Shown here piece after piece: positions 10,146 through 20,896 of a stretch of 64,000 nucleotides of DNA. The position numbers and the translations under genes were made by a program. The DNA is taken from positions 3,027 through 67,026 of the forward strand of contig DALYDY010000003.1 in NCBI GenBank assembly GCA_031972855.1, written 5' to 3'. Source of the DNA: Minisyncoccota bacterium (GTDB lineage: Bacteria > Patescibacteriota > Minisyncoccia > Phycocordibacterales > UBA9973). Within the stretch, counting starts at the first letter, position 1. Each line of letters starts with the position of its first letter. The notes under the pieces were generated by a model. The model was not told where the DNA came from. It was given only the letters and a program-made list of their open reading frames with translations, and did not search any database.

Positions 10146-10502
10146 TTACTTATTTGTTTCAATCAATTTATTGAGCATCTTCATTATTTCATAAATATAT
10201 TTTGAGACTTCTTCGTATTGATTTTCTTTAATAAATTTCAATCTAAAAGCAATTTTTATTTGAGTATCAAGTTCTGAAGCAGAACCAAAAGCAATTACAA
10301 GAAAATGTGCAAAATCTTTCTTTGTACTTCTTCTACTTCCTTCGGCAATATTAGAAGGAATAGAAATTGCCGATCTCTTAATCTGACTAGTCAATCCATA
10401 AATTTCAGTTTTAGGAAAAATTTTAATAATACCATATATAAAAATAACTAAATCCATTGATTTTTCCCATACAATTAATTTTTCATAATTATGAACTTGC
10501 AT
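10146..10502 (-). CDS. Four-helix-bundle protein (TIGR02436 / 23S rRNA intervening-sequence protein family), here not inside an rRNA gene
   Basis: YEKLIVWEKSMDLV...FPKTEIYGLTSQIKRSAISIPSNIAEG. Size is 118 aa. Confidence 0.75.
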   Translation of the reverse strand: MQVHNYEKLIVWEKSMDLVIFIYGIIKIFPKTEIYGLTSQIKRSAISIPSNIAEGSRRSTKKDFAHFLVIAFGSASELDTQIKIAFRLKFIKENQYEEVSKYIYEIMKMLNKLIETNK

Positions 10503-10556
10503 TATCTATATTCTAACATACTAACTACTATATACTTGTTGTGTTAAAATATCTCT

Positions 10557-11291
10557 ATGTCTTACACCTTTATATTTTTTGATACAGAAACAACAGGAGT
10601 TGATGAAAAGGATCGTCTATGTCAGCTTGCCTATGTTATATCAGACCTCTCAATTCCACTCGAGGCAAGAACTTATAATGAGCTTTTTAAGCCTTCCCTA
10701 CCAATTCCACCTGAAGCAAGTGCTGTGACTCATATTACAAACAAAATGGTCGCTGATAAACCTGCATTTACAGAAAGTAATACTTATAGAGATGTAAAAG
10801 AATTATTTGAGCGTGAAGATGTAATAGTTGTTGCTCATAATGCAAAATTTGATATTTCGATGCTTGCAAAAGAAAATATATTCCCAAAGAATTTTGTCTG
10901 CACTCTCAAACTCGCACGATATCTTGATCCAGAAAATAAACTTCCTCAATACAAACTTCAATACTTACGCTACTTACTAGAAATAGAAATCGAAGCCCAG
11001 GCCCACGACGCTCTCGGTGATGTTCTTGTATTGGAAAAACTTTTCGAAAGACTTTATCAAAAAGTTTTGAATGAAGAAAAAACAGATGATAAGTCTGTAG
11101 CAAAAATGCTCGAAGTATCAAATCGCCCAAGTATGATAACAAATATTCATTTTGGAAAATATATTGGTCAAAAAATCGCCGATGTAGCAGTAATGGATAA
11201 AAGATATCTCGAATGGCTCTACAATGAAAAATTAAAGTCCGATAAAGATGAAGAAGATTGGCTTTATACACTAGAGCATTATTTAAAATAA
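10557..11291 (+). CDS. DEDDh 3'-5' exonuclease (DnaQ/ExoX-like) with a C-terminal DUF3820-like domain
   Basis: Exo I FFDTETTG. Exo II VVAHNAKFDISML. Exo III HDALGD. C-terminal HFGKYIGQKIADV...YLEWL. Confidence 0.7.
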   Translation: MSYTFIFFDTETTGVDEKDRLCQLAYVISDLSIPLEARTYNELFKPSLPIPPEASAVTHITNKMVADKPAFTESNTYRDVKELFEREDVIVVAHNAKFDISMLAKENIFPKNFVCTLKLARYLDPENKLPQYKLQYLRYLLEIEIEAQAHDALGDVLVLEKLFERLYQKVLNEEKTDDKSVAKMLEVSNRPSMITNIHFGKYIGQKIADVAVMDKRYLEWLYNEKLKSDKDEEDWLYTLEHYLK

Positions 11292-11295
11292 AGAT

Positions 11296-11330
11296 AAAAG
11301 TAGTTAGTAAATAGTAATTAGAATATAGAC
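11296..11330 (+). repeat. 35-bp direct repeat, copy 2
   Basis: Exact identity to 10096-10130. Lies between the exonuclease stop and a convergent terminator. Confidence 0.85.
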
Positions 11331-11345
11331 CTACAGTAAAAATAA

Positions 11346-11378
11346 AAAGCCTAAATCGATATTATCGATTTAGGCTTT
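11346..11378. terminator. Bidirectional terminator hairpin between the convergent exonuclease and helicase genes
   Basis: aaagcctaaatcgat / atcgatttaggcttt 15-bp stem. Confidence 0.55.
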
Positions 11379-11384
11379 AGAACA

Positions 11385-13625
11385 CTAAAACTTCTTTACT
11401 TTTCCAAGAAAATCAAACCAATTAATCCATTCAGATTTGTAAGTGTAGTTAGGATTAGAAGGTAGTCTAATATCTTCTTTGTAGTGTTTTTGATAATCAT
11501 CATGTATCTCAATTTTAAACCCTTTAACCCGTAACCTTTCAATAGCTTCTTTAGCTTCTTTTAAAGTCTCATAATTTTTAGGCTTATTTTTAAGAAAATC
11601 TGGCCAACTAGTCCACTCTGATTTGTAGGTATTATCAGGATTAGAAGGTAGTCTAATATCTTCTTTGTAGTGTTTTTGATAATCATCATGTATCTCAATT
11701 TTAAACCCTTTAACCCGTAACCTTTCAATAGCTTCTTTACACTCTTTCAAGGTTTCGTAAGAATCTTTATTCTCTTTTCCAAGAAAATCAAACCAATCAA
11801 TCCATTCAGATTTGTAAGTGTAGTTAGGATTAGAAGGTAGTCCAATATCTTCTTTGTAGTGTTTTTGATAATCATCCACAAATTCAATCTTAAACCCTTT
11901 AACCCGTAACCTTTCAATAGCTTCTTTAGCTTCCTTTAGTGTTAAGTAAAATTTAGATTTCTTTCCAAGAAAATCAAACCAATCAATCCATTCAGATTTG
12001 TAAGTGTAGTTAGGTCTAGAAGGTAATTTAATATCTTCTTTACGATGTTTTTTATAATCATCATATGTCTCAATTTTAAACCCTTTAACCCGTAACCTTT
12101 CAATAGCTTCTTTAGCTTCCTTTAGTGTTAAGTAAAATTTAGATTTCTTTCCAAGAAAATCAAACCAATCAATCCATTCAGATTTGTAGACATCGTCAGG
12201 ACTAGAATGTAATCTAATATCTTCTTTACGGTATTTTTGATAATCACCCACAGACTGAATATTAAAACCTTTAACCTTCAATATTTTTACACCATCTTTA
12301 GCCTCTTTTAAAGTTTCATAAAAATTAAACTGTGTAGAGTTAATATTAGTTAAATTAAAAATCTCTTCATGGTCAACACTTACTGACTCAATTACTTCAT
12401 CAGTAATATCAATCAATTCGTCTTTGTTAACAATATTAAAGATTTGTTTTTTTCTAACTTTATGAACAATATCCTCATCAGGTACAACAAAAGGTCCAAG
12501 ACCTTCAAGGGCGTCATTATACCAAACTTGTTTCTTTGCTTGGAACATTAGTTGTACAACATACGCAACTTTATTTGGAAACAATTCATCAATCCTTGTA
12601 GATCTACCAGCGCCTTGTATTAGGCCAACAATAGTGCCTATAGGATAAGCAAACATCACACCATGAACACCGGGATCATCAAACCCTTCTTTGATAGTAT
12701 CGATTCCGACCAAAACTTTAAATTTGTTTTGGCTAAATCGACTAAAGAGTTTATCTCTTTCTGAAGATTTCATCTTGCCTGTAATAATTTCAGCTGAAAT
12801 TCCTTTATCTCGTAATTCTCTCACTAAATCGAGACCTTGATCGACAGATGCGGTGAACATAATAAATCTCGTACCTCTCTTTTCGAAAATTTTCTTATAG
12901 AGTTTTGATGCGGCAATATTACCACCTTGACGAATAATTTCTTTACCTACACGATTCAAGTACTCTTGAGATGATTCTCCTTTTTCTTTTCCAGATATTT
13001 CTATCTTAACTTTTCCAATAATAAACTGGATAGCTGAAAGCATTCCAACTTTTACAGCTTCAGGAATAGAGATACAGTACGCTTCATACTTGAGAAATTC
13101 TTTCAAATTCTTTTTCTCGCTGTATGTAGGTGTAGCAGTAAATCCAATAATGATTGCATGTTTTTGCTCTTCAATTCGCGCTCGAGTCTTCTCTCCAAGT
13201 GCCTTGTGAGCTTCATCAAGAAATAATACCGAGTATCGTTTTAGGCCATCTCCCTTAAATTTTACAAAAGATTGATAAGTCATTACTGTAACCTGATTGT
13301 GATAGGATTTTTGTCCTGCTCCAACAAGTCCCAATAATAAATGTTTTGCAAATTTTACAAATTCTCTCTGCATTTGAGATAAAAGTGTAATCTTTGGAAC
13401 AAGAAGTAATACTTGAATATCTGAACCATTAATAATAGCGTCAGCTAGTGTGGATTGGATAAATGACTTACCCATACCCGTCGGCCCTTCTATATACATA
13501 GTTCGGATACCTTTTACGATCGCGTCACGGATATTTGTATATACCGTTTCTTGACCTCCACGAAATATGTTTATAGGAACATATTTCCGTAGATTTTCTA
13601 AGATAAGATTGTAAGTTTTTTTCAT
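11385..13625 (-). CDS. SF2 DEAD/DEAH-box (type III restriction Res-like) helicase with five C-terminal ~62-aa tandem repeats
   Basis: Walker A GPTGMGKS, motif II LDEAH, motif VI QGAGRSTR. C-terminal repeats each end with ...PSNPNYTYKSEWIDWFDFLG. Confidence 0.75.
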   Translation of the reverse strand: MKKTYNLILENLRKYVPINIFRGGQETVYTNIRDAIVKGIRTMYIEGPTGMGKSFIQSTLADAIINGSDIQVLLLVPKITLLSQMQREFVKFAKHLLLGLVGAGQKSYHNQVTVMTYQSFVKFKGDGLKRYSVLFLDEAHKALGEKTRARIEEQKHAIIIGFTATPTYSEKKNLKEFLKYEAYCISIPEAVKVGMLSAIQFIIGKVKIEISGKEKGESSQEYLNRVGKEIIRQGGNIAASKLYKKIFEKRGTRFIMFTASVDQGLDLVRELRDKGISAEIITGKMKSSERDKLFSRFSQNKFKVLVGIDTIKEGFDDPGVHGVMFAYPIGTIVGLIQGAGRSTRIDELFPNKVAYVVQLMFQAKKQVWYNDALEGLGPFVVPDEDIVHKVRKKQIFNIVNKDELIDITDEVIESVSVDHEEIFNLTNINSTQFNFYETLKEAKDGVKILKVKGFNIQSVGDYQKYRKEDIRLHSSPDDVYKSEWIDWFDFLGKKSKFYLTLKEAKEAIERLRVKGFKIETYDDYKKHRKEDIKLPSRPNYTYKSEWIDWFDFLGKKSKFYLTLKEAKEAIERLRVKGFKIEFVDDYQKHYKEDIGLPSNPNYTYKSEWIDWFDFLGKENKDSYETLKECKEAIERLRVKGFKIEIHDDYQKHYKEDIRLPSNPDNTYKSEWTSWPDFLKNKPKNYETLKEAKEAIERLRVKGFKIEIHDDYQKHYKEDIRLPSNPNYTYKSEWINWFDFLGKVKKF
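11388..12320. repeat. Coding tandem repeat array, ~186-189-bp period, five copies, high nucleotide identity
   Basis: Blocks such as cttttccaagaaaatcaaaccaatcaatccattcagatttgtaagtgtagttagg...ccctttaacccgtaacctttcaatagcttcttta recur almost verbatim. Confidence 0.8.
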
Positions 13626-13740
13626 TTATTTAGTTTTTAATGTTTTTTCTATATTAACACAATAAATAGAAATTGTAAAGTATTTAAGCATTGTTTGACA
13701 AATTATTTATAGTAATGTATTATAAATAAAAATCCATAAA

Positions 13741-14082
13741 ATGAATCAAAACAAAATAGCAGAATCACCCATTACTTCAACTAAAATTGAAGAGAAAATT
13801 GAAACAGATAAAATAGTATATTTTTCTGTAACCGAAGAATATTGGGACAAGCCGTACGTAAGAAAAAGACACCATGACCCGGAGACAAGAACTGTTATCC
13901 TAAAAGGAAAAGTTCTTGAAACAAAAGGAGACGAATTAAAAGTAGAACTTTTTGAAAATAATGATTTTGAAAAGGATGGTCAGACGTTTGTATTTCATAA
14001 AGGATGTTTGTTGTCAAAACAAAATTTTACTAATTTTGAAAGATTGGGAAAATGGAGACAAGACCCTTCTTCTAATCCTTAA
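13741..14082 (+). CDS. Hypothetical protein (113 aa)
   Basis: ORF with an upstream TTGACA-N17-TATTAT promoter-like sequence at about 13690-13725. Confidence 0.35.
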   Translation: MNQNKIAESPITSTKIEEKIETDKIVYFSVTEEYWDKPYVRKRHHDPETRTVILKGKVLETKGDELKVELFENNDFEKDGQTFVFHKGCLLSKQNFTNFERLGKWRQDPSSNP

Positions 14083-14133
14083 TTACACAAATTACTTCGC
14101 AGAAATGCGGAGTTTTTAATTTAAAAAAACAAA

Positions 14134-14161
14134 GAAAAACCACTCAATTGAGTGGTTTTTC
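14134..14161. terminator. Intrinsic terminator 3' of rpoD (bidirectional), core ccactcaattgagtgg
   Basis: gaaaaaccactc aatt gagtggtttttc, flanked by A- and T-runs. Confidence 0.65.
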
Positions 14162-14166
14162 TTTTA

Positions 14167-15522
14167 TTAATCGAAGTAATTTTTGAGTCTTAGTATCTTT
14201 TCATTATTACGAAGCTTATCATGAACCTTTGCTTCAATCTGACGAATACGTTCACGAGTCACACCGAATTCTTTTCCTACTTCTTCGAGTGTGTGTTGTA
14301 CACCATCTTCGAGTCCATAACGCATTTCAAGAATCTTTTGTTCTTTTGGTGAGAGTTCAGAAAGTACTTCACGGACTTGATCAGAAAGAATTCTACGAGC
14401 TGCTTCTTGGTCTGGACGAAGAATCTTTTCATCTGGAATAAATTCACCAAATGTTGATTTGTCTTCATCATCACCGATTGGAGCTTCAAGAGATCTTGTT
14501 TCTTGATTGATCTGTTCAATCACATGAATCTTCTCAACCTCAAGTCCCATTTCTGTTGCAACTTCTTCTGGAAGAGGTTCACGTCCCAGGTCTTGTGTTA
14601 GGCGACGGAGAACTTGTTTGTATTTTGAAATTGTCTCTACCATGTGCACAGGAATACGGATTGTACGTGATTGATCAGCAAGAGCACGAGTGATTGATTG
14701 ACGAATCCACCAAGTTGCATATGTTGAGAATTTGTAACCTTTTGTCCAATCAAATTTTTCAACAGCTTTGAAGAGTCCAATATTTCCTTCTTGAATAAGA
14801 TCAAGAAGAGTTAGGTCAGCACTTCTGTTTGAATATTTTTTAGCAATAGAAACAACAAGACGAAGGTTTGCACGAGCAAGAAGTGTCTTTGCTTCTATAT
14901 CACCTTTCTCAATACGCTTCGCTAGTTCTTTTTCTTCGTGTGAAGAAATAAGTGGAAATTGTCCAATCTCTTTCAAATATATTTGAATAGAGTCATAACC
15001 ACTATCACGTGAGCGACCGTCTTTGAGTTCGTTTACCACAGCATCAACATCAAGAAGATTTCCTCCTTCTAGAACATCAACACTTGCAACTGACAACTTT
15101 TCGTATAGTTCATCCAAGAAGAAAACATTATTTTCAATATCTGGGAAAGTTTTCAAAATTTCATCATATGTGACAAAACCTCTTTTCTTACCTTTTGCAA
15201 TAATTTCATCAGCTTTTTTGAGCATCAATATTGCTTTTTCTTCAACTTTAGAAAGTTTTGCTGGAGCTTTTTTTGCTACTACTTTTTTGACAGCAACTTT
15301 TGCTACAGGTTTTGAAACCTTTTTTGCTACAGGTTTTTTTGTTGCAACTTTTGTTTTAACAACAGCTTTTTTTGTTACTACTTTTTTTGTAGTTACTTTT
15401 GGTTTATTGTTTTTTACATTAACCTTTTTTGTATTCTTAGCGACAGCTTTTTTGACTGGTGCTTTTTTTGCAACAGTCTTAGCTTTAGCTTTATTATTTT
15501 TTTCTAAGATTTTTTTCTTCAT
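14167..15522 (-). CDS. rpoD: Primary RNA polymerase sigma factor (sigma-70) with a ~95-aa lysine/alanine/valine-rich histone-H1-like N-terminal extension
   Basis: Regions 1.2-4 are recognisable ([15 protein letters not shown], ...[13 protein letters not shown], helix-turn-helix [20 protein letters not shown]). The N-terminus is [23 protein letters not shown]... Confidence 0.85.
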   Translation of the reverse strand: MKKKILEKNNKAKAKTVAKKAPVKKAVAKNTKKVNVKNNKPKVTTKKVVTKKAVVKTKVATKKPVAKKVSKPVAKVAVKKVVAKKAPAKLSKVEEKAILMLKKADEIIAKGKKRGFVTYDEILKTFPDIENNVFFLDELYEKLSVASVDVLEGGNLLDVDAVVNELKDGRSRDSGYDSIQIYLKEIGQFPLISSHEEKELAKRIEKGDIEAKTLLARANLRLVVSIAKKYSNRSADLTLLDLIQEGNIGLFKAVEKFDWTKGYKFSTYATWWIRQSITRALADQSRTIRIPVHMVETISKYKQVLRRLTQDLGREPLPEEVATEMGLEVEKIHVIEQINQETRSLEAPIGDDEDKSTFGEFIPDEKILRPDQEAARRILSDQVREVLSELSPKEQKILEMRYGLEDGVQHTLEEVGKEFGVTRERIRQIEAKVHDKLRNNEKILRLKNYFD

Positions 15523-15539
15523 AATAATGTATTGGTTAA

Positions 15540-17243
15540 CTATAAAATATTTCTTTCATTTTGTATAGACTCACTAAATGTTTTTATCTTTTGATATTCA
15601 TTCAAAATTTCTATATTGTCATCTATCTTTAATATAGTACGTAGTGATTCCATTTTTGCTTTCAATATTTTTTGGCAATAAACAAGAGTGAGTTCTGTTG
15701 CTGATTTATCTAATATATCTACATTTCCTCTAAAATGAAATTCTGCCTCACTAATCAAAATTTCTTTCTCACTTTCTTCTATTTGTAAAAACTCATCTAG
15801 AGAAATATTAATATATTTTTTTAATAATTCATCTATCCTATTATCACTTACTGTCTTATTGTTTTGAACTAATTCACGTGACCAAAATATTATTCCTCTC
15901 AACAATTTTTGTTCATCAAAAATTTTGTCAGGTATTTTTTCTTCTTTTATTTCTTTTGTATCTACATTTGTTAATGTCTTAAGTGATTGAAATACAACAT
16001 CATCTGACAGGTCAATCGCTCTTGCTATAACATTTACAAAATGGGCTCTATCTATGTTTTTAGGGATCAAAGCCACAAAGGGTAAGACTCTAGACTCTAC
16101 GAGAGAGCGAAACAAACGCATATCATCCTTTGATTCTTTTCTCATCAAATCCATAAGACCTATAACAACGTGTTTTGGATTTTCATAAACACCATCTAAA
16201 GATCGAGGGTTTTCCAAAAGAACATCAGCAGGATCTTTTCCTTCAAATATTACTGACATGTAGACATCAAAACCTTTTGAAAGAGCTAGTTTGATTCCAC
16301 GTTCTGTAGCTTTAAGACCCGCTTCATCATTATCTAGTGAAAATATAATCTTATCAGTAAATCGTCCTATTAATTTCAAGTGTGTCTCCGTCAAAGCTGT
16401 ACCAGACAATGCTACAGTCTCACAAAATCCAGCTTGATGAAGAGCTATCAAATCCATTTGTCCTTCTACAAGAATTACTCTTTTCTTTAAGCGTATATGA
16501 TTCTTTGCAATATCATAACCAAAAAGTATCGAGGATTTGTGATAGAGATCTGTTTCTGGAGAATTTACATATTTTGCAGGTTCTTTGCCAACAGTTTTAT
16601 TTTCTACAACAAGAGATGGTAGAATTCTACCCGTAAAAGCAACAACTCTACCCTGACTATCTTTTATTGGAAACATTATTCTTCCACGAAATTTATCATA
16701 GATTCCCTTTGGTGTTTCCATGAAGAGACCTGAAGCACTCAATTCTTTTTGAGAAAAAGTATTCACAAAATATGTGGTAAGTAGTCTCCAGTCATCTTTT
16801 GCAAAACCAATATCAAATTTATTTATTGTATCTTCTGTAAGCCCTCTTTCTTTTAGATAATTTTTTACTTCATCATTTATAGATTCTTTGTAGAAGTTTT
16901 TTGCTTTTTCCATCAAATCATAAACATTTGTATTTGAATCAGAGATTTCTTTGTCATAAGAATTAGAAAGTACAATACCAGCTTTTGATGCAAGCAAAGA
17001 AAGTGCTTCTCTAAAAGAAGAACCTTCTATGTCTTGTACAAAAGAAAATATATCTCCCCCTTTACCACAACCAAAGCAATGATATGTATTACGCTCAGGT
17101 GATACATAAAATGATCCAGTGCGTTCTTGATGAAAAGGACAACGAGCGACAAACTGTCTACCTCTTTGTTCTAATTGAATATAGGAAGAAACAACATCAA
17201 CTATTCCGAGACGTTCTTTGATTTGTTCCACCTCCCTACTCAT
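15540..17243 (-). CDS. dnaG: DNA primase
   Basis: CHC2 zinc finger [30 protein letters not shown]. Toprim EGQMDLIAL...DNDEAG. Confidence 0.85.
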   Translation of the reverse strand: MSREVEQIKERLGIVDVVSSYIQLEQRGRQFVARCPFHQERTGSFYVSPERNTYHCFGCGKGGDIFSFVQDIEGSSFREALSLLASKAGIVLSNSYDKEISDSNTNVYDLMEKAKNFYKESINDEVKNYLKERGLTEDTINKFDIGFAKDDWRLLTTYFVNTFSQKELSASGLFMETPKGIYDKFRGRIMFPIKDSQGRVVAFTGRILPSLVVENKTVGKEPAKYVNSPETDLYHKSSILFGYDIAKNHIRLKKRVILVEGQMDLIALHQAGFCETVALSGTALTETHLKLIGRFTDKIIFSLDNDEAGLKATERGIKLALSKGFDVYMSVIFEGKDPADVLLENPRSLDGVYENPKHVVIGLMDLMRKESKDDMRLFRSLVESRVLPFVALIPKNIDRAHFVNVIARAIDLSDDVVFQSLKTLTNVDTKEIKEEKIPDKIFDEQKLLRGIIFWSRELVQNNKTVSDNRIDELLKKYINISLDEFLQIEESEKEILISEAEFHFRGNVDILDKSATELTLVYCQKILKAKMESLRTILKIDDNIEILNEYQKIKTFSESIQNERNIL

Positions 17244-17245
17244 AA

Positions 17246-20200
17246 TTATTCTTTTTCTTCAATTATTTCTTCTTCGCTAATTTCTACCCCTCCTTGTTTG
17301 TTGAAACCTGTTCCAGCTGGAATCAATCGTCCAACGATAACATTTTCTTTTAGACCACGAAGATTATCATCTGTTCCTTTGATTGCACTATTAATCAAAA
17401 TACGGTTTGTATTTTGGAAAGAAGCAGCAGACAACCAACTCTTAGTTCGGAGCGCTGTTTCTGCAATACCCAAGATAATAATATCTCCAACAGCATCTGA
17501 TCCACCATCTTGTTTCATGCGATCATTTTCTTCCATCATTTCGATATTTTCAACAATATCTCCAAGTGTTAGAGCTGTATCTCCTGCATCTGTAATACGA
17601 CGACGTGAGAACATCAAGCGAATAATGATCTCTGTGTGTTTACGAGCAATAGAAGCACCTTGAACTTCATAAACTTTGTTTATTTCATTCAAAATGTATT
17701 GTTCAGCAACTTGTTTTCCACCAATTTTAAATATTTGTTCAATATCAGCAGAACCATCAGTAATGATTTGACCTTTTGTAACACGATTACCAACCTTTAC
17801 GATTGGAACACGAGGATATGGTACAGGATATTCTACTTGAGCAACTCCACCATCGCGTTTTGAATCTGACATAACAACGATTGTTTTTTCTTTTCCATTT
17901 TCGCGAATTTCAATAACTTCACCTTCTGATGTAGATATAAGTGCTGGATTCTTTGGAGAACGACGTTCAAAAATTTCTTCAATACGTGGAAGACCTTGTG
18001 TAATATCAACTCCAGCAACTCCACCGGCGTGGAAAGTACGAAGTGTCAATTGAGTACCAGGCTCACCAATCGCTTGAGCAGCAATAATACCAACAGCTTC
18101 ACCAAGATTTACCAAGTGATTACGTCCTAGATCAAGACCGTAACATTTTTGACATAGACCGTATACAGTAGCACATGTAAGAGGTGTGCGAACAAGAACA
18201 GATTCTACACCTGCTTGTTCAATTTTTTGTGCATCACCTTTCATTAGAAGTGAACCTTTCTTGTAAAGAGTATTTCCTTCTTTATCTTTAATATCTTCCA
18301 AAGTAACACGTCCTGTAAGACCTTTTGATAGTGGGATTTCAAGACCTGAAATAAATTCTTTTGTAATTGTTTTACCTTCTTTAGTTCCACAATCTTCTTC
18401 TGTAATCATCACATCTTGTGCAACGTCAACAAGACGACGTGTTAGATAACCAGCACGAGCAGTGTTAAGCGCAGTATCAGAAAGACCTTTACGAGAACCG
18501 TGAGTTGTAATGAAGTATTCAATAGGTGAAAGACCTTCAATATAAGACGGAATAACTGGGAATTCAATAATACGTCCTTGGTTATTTTGAATCAAACCTT
18601 TCATACCTGCCATTTGAGATACGTTGTTCATAGAACCACGAGCTCCTGATTTAAACATGTCGTGGTATGAACCCATAGGATCAAGAATTGCTGGAAGAAG
18701 TTTTTCAACTTCTTTCTTTGCTTTTTCCCAAAGTTCAACAATTTTTTGATATCTTTCTTCTTCAGACAACAAACCTTCATTATATTGATCAATAATTATT
18801 TGTTGATTTTTTCTAGCTTCATCAATAATTGCTGGCTTACCTTCTGGAACACGCACATTATCAATACCCCAAGTAATACCTGATTTCATGGCATAACGGA
18901 ATCCGAAAGCTTTTACTTTATCAATAACTTCTGGAGTTGCAGCAAATCCATATCTTGAAACAATTTGATCAAATATTTTTGCTAGACGTGAAGAAGTAAT
19001 TTCTTCATTAACATAAGCAAAGTCATCTGGGAAAACAGAGTTGAACAAAAGACGTCCTACTGATGTTTCAAAAATTCCCCCATCATATTCTTTGTATTTT
19101 TCATTTTTTGTAGCACGAACTTTTATTTTTGAACGGAAACCAACAACTTCATATCCATAAGCAGTAATAGCTTCGTTAGGAGATGCAAAAACTTTTCCTT
19201 CACCTTTCTCACCTGGAACTTCTTTTGTCATCCAATAACATCCAAGAACAATTTCTAGCATTTTTGCTGTAGCAACAGGATCACCATTTTGAGGTTTCAA
19301 AAGGTTTTTGTCTGCTGACATTAGTTCACGAGCTTCTGCTTGTGCTTTGTCTGAAAGTGGAACGTATACAGCCATTTGGTCACCATCGAAGTCGGCGTTG
19401 AAACCTGTACATACAAGAGGGTGAAGTTGAATAGCATTACCTTCAATCAAAATAGGAGTGAAAGCTTGAATACCAAGACGGTGAAGAGTTGGAGCACGGT
19501 TCAATAGAACATATTTTCCTTCAATAACTTCTTCAAGAATTGCCCAAACTTCTGGAATACGATCTTCAATTATTTTGTTTGCTCCACGAATATTGAAAGC
19601 AAGTTCTCTCTTCAAAATTTTTGAGATAACAAATGGACGGAAGAGTTCTAGCGCCATATGTTTTGGAAGACCACATTGATTTAGTCGGAGTTGTGGACCA
19701 ACAACAATAACAGAACGTCCTGAGTAGTCTACACGTTTTCCAAGAAGGTTTTGACGGAATAGACCTTGTTTTGATTTCAAGTTATCAGAAAGAGATTTCA
19801 AAGCTCTCTTTTGAGCTTGACTCATAGCAGCTCCAGCTTGACTTGCGATTGAGTTATCAATCAAAGCATCCACAGCTTCTTGCAAAATACGTTTTTCATT
19901 ACGAAGAATAACATCAGGAGCACCGATTTCTTTCAATTTTTTTAGACGATTATTACGATTGATTACACGACGGTAAAGATCGTTTACATCAGATGTTGCA
20001 TGACGTCCACCTTCAAGCGCCACCATAGGGCGAAGTTGTGGAGGTATAACAGGGATTACTGTTAAGAACATCCATTCTGGACGAGTTCCTGAACGAAGCA
20101 TTTGGCGAATCATAGATAGACGCTTTTGCAATTTTTCACGTTCAAGAGAACCTGCTGTTTCAAGCATTAGTTCTGTTTTTTCTTTTAGTTTTGTAAGGTC

Positions 20201-20875
20201 AAGATTTTTGAAAAGAGTATGTATTGCTTCAGCTCCAATATTTGCTTCAAAACAAGTTCCATATTTCAAACTTGCGTGATGATATCCAGCTTCAGTAAAT
20301 ACTTTTCCTTCTGCAATTTCTGCAATTTCACGTTTTGTAGTTAGAAGAAGTTCTTTTAGTTTTTCACGAGTAGCTTCTTCATTTGCTGTCTTAACTTTAC
20401 CTTTGTATTCTTGTTCAAGATCACGAATTATACGTTCCTTTTCTTCTTGAAATACTTTTGTAACCATGTATCCAGCAAAGTAAACAACTTTCTCAAGTTC
20501 ACCCATTGGAATATTGAGGAGTGTTGCCATGCGTGATGGAATACTCTTCAAGAACCAAATGTGTGCCACAGGAGAAGCAAGCTCGATGTGACCCATACGT
20601 TCACGACGAACAATTGCTTTTGTAACTTCAACTCCACATTTTTCACAAATAATACCCGCGTAACGAATACGTTTGTATTTTCCACAATAACATTCATAGT
20701 CTTTTTCTGGACCGAATATTTTTTCGTCAAAAAGTCCACCTCTTTCACTACGTCCTGTACGGTAGTTGATTGTTTCTGGTTTTGTAACTTCACCGTATGA
20801 CCATTCAAGAATTTGTTCTGGTGATGCAAGTGATAGACCGATTGTATTAAAGTCTGTTGTATCTAGTGTTTTCAT
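17246..20875 (-). CDS. rpoC: DNA-directed RNA polymerase subunit beta'
   Basis: Zinc-binding [37 protein letters not shown] catalytic loop. Size is 1209 aa. Confidence 0.95.
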   Translation of the reverse strand: MKTLDTTDFNTIGLSLASPEQILEWSYGEVTKPETINYRTGRSERGGLFDEKIFGPEKDYECYCGKYKRIRYAGIICEKCGVEVTKAIVRRERMGHIELASPVAHIWFLKSIPSRMATLLNIPMGELEKVVYFAGYMVTKVFQEEKERIIRDLEQEYKGKVKTANEEATREKLKELLLTTKREIAEIAEGKVFTEAGYHHASLKYGTCFEANIGAEAIHTLFKNLDLTKLKEKTELMLETAGSLEREKLQKRLSMIRQMLRSGTRPEWMFLTVIPVIPPQLRPMVALEGGRHATSDVNDLYRRVINRNNRLKKLKEIGAPDVILRNEKRILQEAVDALIDNSIASQAGAAMSQAQKRALKSLSDNLKSKQGLFRQNLLGKRVDYSGRSVIVVGPQLRLNQCGLPKHMALELFRPFVISKILKRELAFNIRGANKIIEDRIPEVWAILEEVIEGKYVLLNRAPTLHRLGIQAFTPILIEGNAIQLHPLVCTGFNADFDGDQMAVYVPLSDKAQAEARELMSADKNLLKPQNGDPVATAKMLEIVLGCYWMTKEVPGEKGEGKVFASPNEAITAYGYEVVGFRSKIKVRATKNEKYKEYDGGIFETSVGRLLFNSVFPDDFAYVNEEITSSRLAKIFDQIVSRYGFAATPEVIDKVKAFGFRYAMKSGITWGIDNVRVPEGKPAIIDEARKNQQIIIDQYNEGLLSEEERYQKIVELWEKAKKEVEKLLPAILDPMGSYHDMFKSGARGSMNNVSQMAGMKGLIQNNQGRIIEFPVIPSYIEGLSPIEYFITTHGSRKGLSDTALNTARAGYLTRRLVDVAQDVMITEEDCGTKEGKTITKEFISGLEIPLSKGLTGRVTLEDIKDKEGNTLYKKGSLLMKGDAQKIEQAGVESVLVRTPLTCATVYGLCQKCYGLDLGRNHLVNLGEAVGIIAAQAIGEPGTQLTLRTFHAGGVAGVDITQGLPRIEEIFERRSPKNPALISTSEGEVIEIRENGKEKTIVVMSDSKRDGGVAQVEYPVPYPRVPIVKVGNRVTKGQIITDGSADIEQIFKIGGKQVAEQYILNEINKVYEVQGASIARKHTEIIIRLMFSRRRITDAGDTALTLGDIVENIEMMEENDRMKQDGGSDAVGDIIILGIAETALRTKSWLSAASFQNTNRILINSAIKGTDDNLRGLKENVIVGRLIPAGTGFNKQGGVEISEEEIIEEKE

Positions 20876-20896
20876 AAATATATTTTAATTATGTTA

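Noticed and set aside
10146-10502. Four-helix-bundle gene as evidence of a 23S rRNA intervening sequence or rRNA gene
   Set aside because: No rRNA-like sequence flanks it. It is free-standing between protein-coding genes.
11388-12320. Regularly spaced ~186-bp DNA repeats that could be mistaken for a CRISPR array or satellite
   Set aside because: The period is far too long. The repeats are in-frame coding units of the helicase C-terminus, and there are no short unique spacers.
15023-15568. 181-aa plus-strand ORF, and similar antisense ORFs inside rpoD/dnaG, rpoC (17175-17663), rpoB, nusB (37501-38258), smc and gyrB
   Set aside because: Shadow ORFs on the opposite strand of strongly supported conserved genes. 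Their low-complexity translations have no motifs.
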